NCBI GenBank assembly: GCA_000165345.1 | Contig: CM000430.1 | Span: forward strand, 768,001 to 832,000 | DNA: 64,000 bases | Direction of reading: 5' to 3' | Part shown: positions 61,801 to 64,000 of the stretch, one piece after another | Position numbering within the stretch: position 1 is the first letter of the stretch | How the letters are laid out: every line of letters begins with the position of its first letter | Notes under the pieces: generated by a model | Database searches by the model: none | What the model saw: only the letters and a program-made list of their open reading frames with translations | What the model was told of the DNA's origin: nothing | Translations under genes and position numbers: made by a program

Positions 61801-63547
61801 TTTGATATGGTAAAAGACTTCCTCCTTTAAGAAGTTTCATTGGTTTATCAGAAATACTTTCAGATACTGAATGAGCCATTGTATAATATGATGCCACGCT
61901 TGTAGTTTTTGGAATATTAATAAATTCTGAAGATTCATCAATATTAGCATTAGATACTCCAATCAGATCACCAGTTTCTCTTTGATCCCCTTCTATATTT
62001 GAATTCTGGACAAATCCACTTTCTGAGCCTACCATCTTTTGGTCTTGCACTCTAAGTCCAATATCTAATAGGAATCTATCAGTTTGGTTAATAAGCTCTT
62101 GTAATCTTCTATTTTTAGTTTCTTTCACAAGCTCTAAATAAGCCTCTAAATCATTTTCTCTTAATAGACGGAGTCTCTCTCTTTCTTTCCTTTCAAGATT
62201 AATTTGCTTTTGGGATTGAATAGAAACAACTTGTTTGGTAGCATTAACAGCTAAACGTCCTAAGAGAGCTTTTTTTCTTTTCTTTTCTCTAATCATCTTT
62301 TCTCTTTCAGTTGGTATTCCATCAATGATCATTTGGAATCTGTATTGATGAATTATTGGAGATTTGGATGACCAAAACTGAGAAAAACGATGACAAATTC
62401 TCTCAAGCATAGAATATCCTCTATCTTCAGGATCTATTGTTAATGATGGAATAAATATACCAGTTGAAGAAATACCCTCCAATATTGACTCTTGAAGAAT
62501 TTTAAGTTTTTCATCTTGTAATGATTTTTCTGGACAAGTATCAATAACGGGATTCTGACTCATGTTTAGATTTTGTTTAGTATTTGAAGATGATTGAATA
62601 TTAGGATCTTCCAAATTCTGAGCAAGAATCTGAGCAGAAACAGGATTTGAATCAAGATTTTCATTAAATTCTTTACTCTGGAGTATGCTTTTTTCAGTAA
62701 CCTGATAATACATTCCTCGTTCCTTGACCATATTTCTGACTCTATTTTGAATCTTTGAAAGCCTATTAAGTTTTTCATTAAGTGAAGCTCTATAAGATAC
62801 ATCAGCTGGAAGAGCAAGATACTTTCTTAGATTAGCTTCAGTATCAATATCTTTAAGACCGATTAAGAATTGTTTTTCCTGTTGAGTATATTTATTCCAT
62901 CTTGCTAAGAAATTGGACTCAATTTCAAATGATCCAGCAAATTTTAAAGGATTAATACGTAGTGAATTAATTTCAGAAAAGACCCTGGTAAGCTCTCCAG
63001 TAAGTAAAGAAGTCTTATTTCTGGGTATATTTTCCATGATATTTCCTGTTTTTTTGATTTTGTCTCTAAATACTTTCTTTGAATGACCAAAATAATCCTT
63101 TAAAACAAGAAACATTCGGGTTTCAGAGTCTAAAAGTTTTTCATTTTCTTTTTGTTCATTTTCTCCATATTTGAATAGATCAAATCCTCGTCTAACAATA
63201 AGATCATCCATCATTCCAAATAACTCCCCAAGTAATTTTTCTCCAGGAATTAAACCTCTACTTAACATTCTATAACATTGTATCAAGATTTTGAATCTAA
63301 GCTTTAATACATTAATTTCTGGAATTTCAACTCTATTTACAAGTTTAATCCCATGTTTTCTTAACTCTTGAAACTTTAAAGAGGTTTCCAAACATCTTCC
63401 AAATATTTCAGTAGAATTAGTAGAAGCTTCAACAATAACTCTTTCTAAACTAGGTTCAATTTTAAACTCATCAATTTCCATAGCTAAATAACCCTCCTCA
63501 TTTCCATATCCTGAAGCTTTGCTTTCTGAGCTTCTCAGACCTTCCAT
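58889..63547 (-). CDS. SWI2/SNF2-family (Snf2/Brahma-like) chromatin-remodelling ATPase, 1552 aa
   Basis: Real ATG at 63547..63545. The helicase ATP-binding region is [43 protein letters not shown]... with a DEGH box ([12 protein letters not shown]). Also present: [21 protein letters not shown], the helicase-C motifs [42 protein letters not shown], and an HSA-like basic helix before the ATPase ([18 protein letters not shown]...TDRFLLD). The C-terminus has an acidic (DE)n tract at 59170-59290. No bromodomain evident. Confidence 0.85.
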   Translation of the reverse strand: [1552 protein letters not shown]

Positions 63548-64000
63548 ATCTGGTTACCTTGTGGCTAAAATCCTACCCCACTTTCTTATTTGATAACAAT
63601 AGATTTGTTCAAAGGGTATCTATTTATATTCACTCTGGTAAATTCTTCTTTAATTTCTCAATTTGTTAAAAAACTTGCTCAATTTTCAAATTGGCTTTCT
63701 CTCTTTCTTTTGATCTCTCTTCATAAAAAAAAAAGTGAAAAAAAAGAAATATCAGAAACCTAATTTCACAACAAAGCAATATCCCTACTTAAATATTTGA
63801 GCTATGCTTATACCTGGCTAAATATACATATATAAATACACAAATGCTTCATTTGTATAAATATATGCCAATGTTTTCACTTCACTTCTTGTTATATTGT
63901 TTGTATTTATTTTTCTGGTATATATTTCCTTTACTTATTATCTTTATTGGCGCCAATAATAATTATATTAATTTGAATCACAAGATTTATCTTCATGAAA
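63548..64000. promoter_or_regulatory. Promoter region of the SNF2 gene
   Basis: AT-rich, with TTGGCGCCAA at 63947-63956. Confidence 0.45.

Overview
This window reads as AT-rich, intron-poor eukaryotic (protist) DNA, most consistent with a Cryptosporidium-type apicomplexan chromosome segment. Three things support that. Composition is roughly 30% GC. Genes are very long and mostly uninterrupted, full of poly-Asn, poly-Glu and poly-Thr tracts. Intergenic regions carry the palindromic E2F-like motif TTTGGCGCCAAA and clusters of TGCATGCA, which is the known signature of Cryptosporidium upstream regions. I see no prokaryotic features, CRISPR arrays, rRNA or convincing tRNA. I model 13 protein-coding genes:

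- a 6579-aa VPS13/chorein-N-like bridge lipid-transfer protein
- an exportin-like karyopherin
- an F-box protein whose WD40 propeller appears to continue in the next ORF across a candidate intron
- an RGG-box protein
- a bromodomain-like hypothetical protein
- a HAD-like hydrolase
- an S8 subtilisin-like protease split into 11 exons
- an RS-repeat/coiled-coil hypothetical protein
- a BOP1/Erb1 ribosome-biogenesis WD protein
- a 3964-aa orphan giant protein with an EEK tandem repeat
- a 94-aa two-helix membrane protein made of 3 small exons, missing from the ORF track
- a SWI2/SNF2 chromatin-remodelling ATPase

The ORF track uses TTG and GTG as starts. Several of its 'M' starts are not ATG, and those are exactly the genes for which I find canonical GTAAGT..(T)nAG introns and an upstream ATG exon (exportin-like, BOP1, subtilase, F-box/WD40). 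I also report a recurring GC-rich 12-mer, TTCCCGCCTAAT, an E2F-type site, placed next to gene ends. All coordinates and splice models were derived by hand from the sequence. Family assignments rest on remembered motifs, not on searches.
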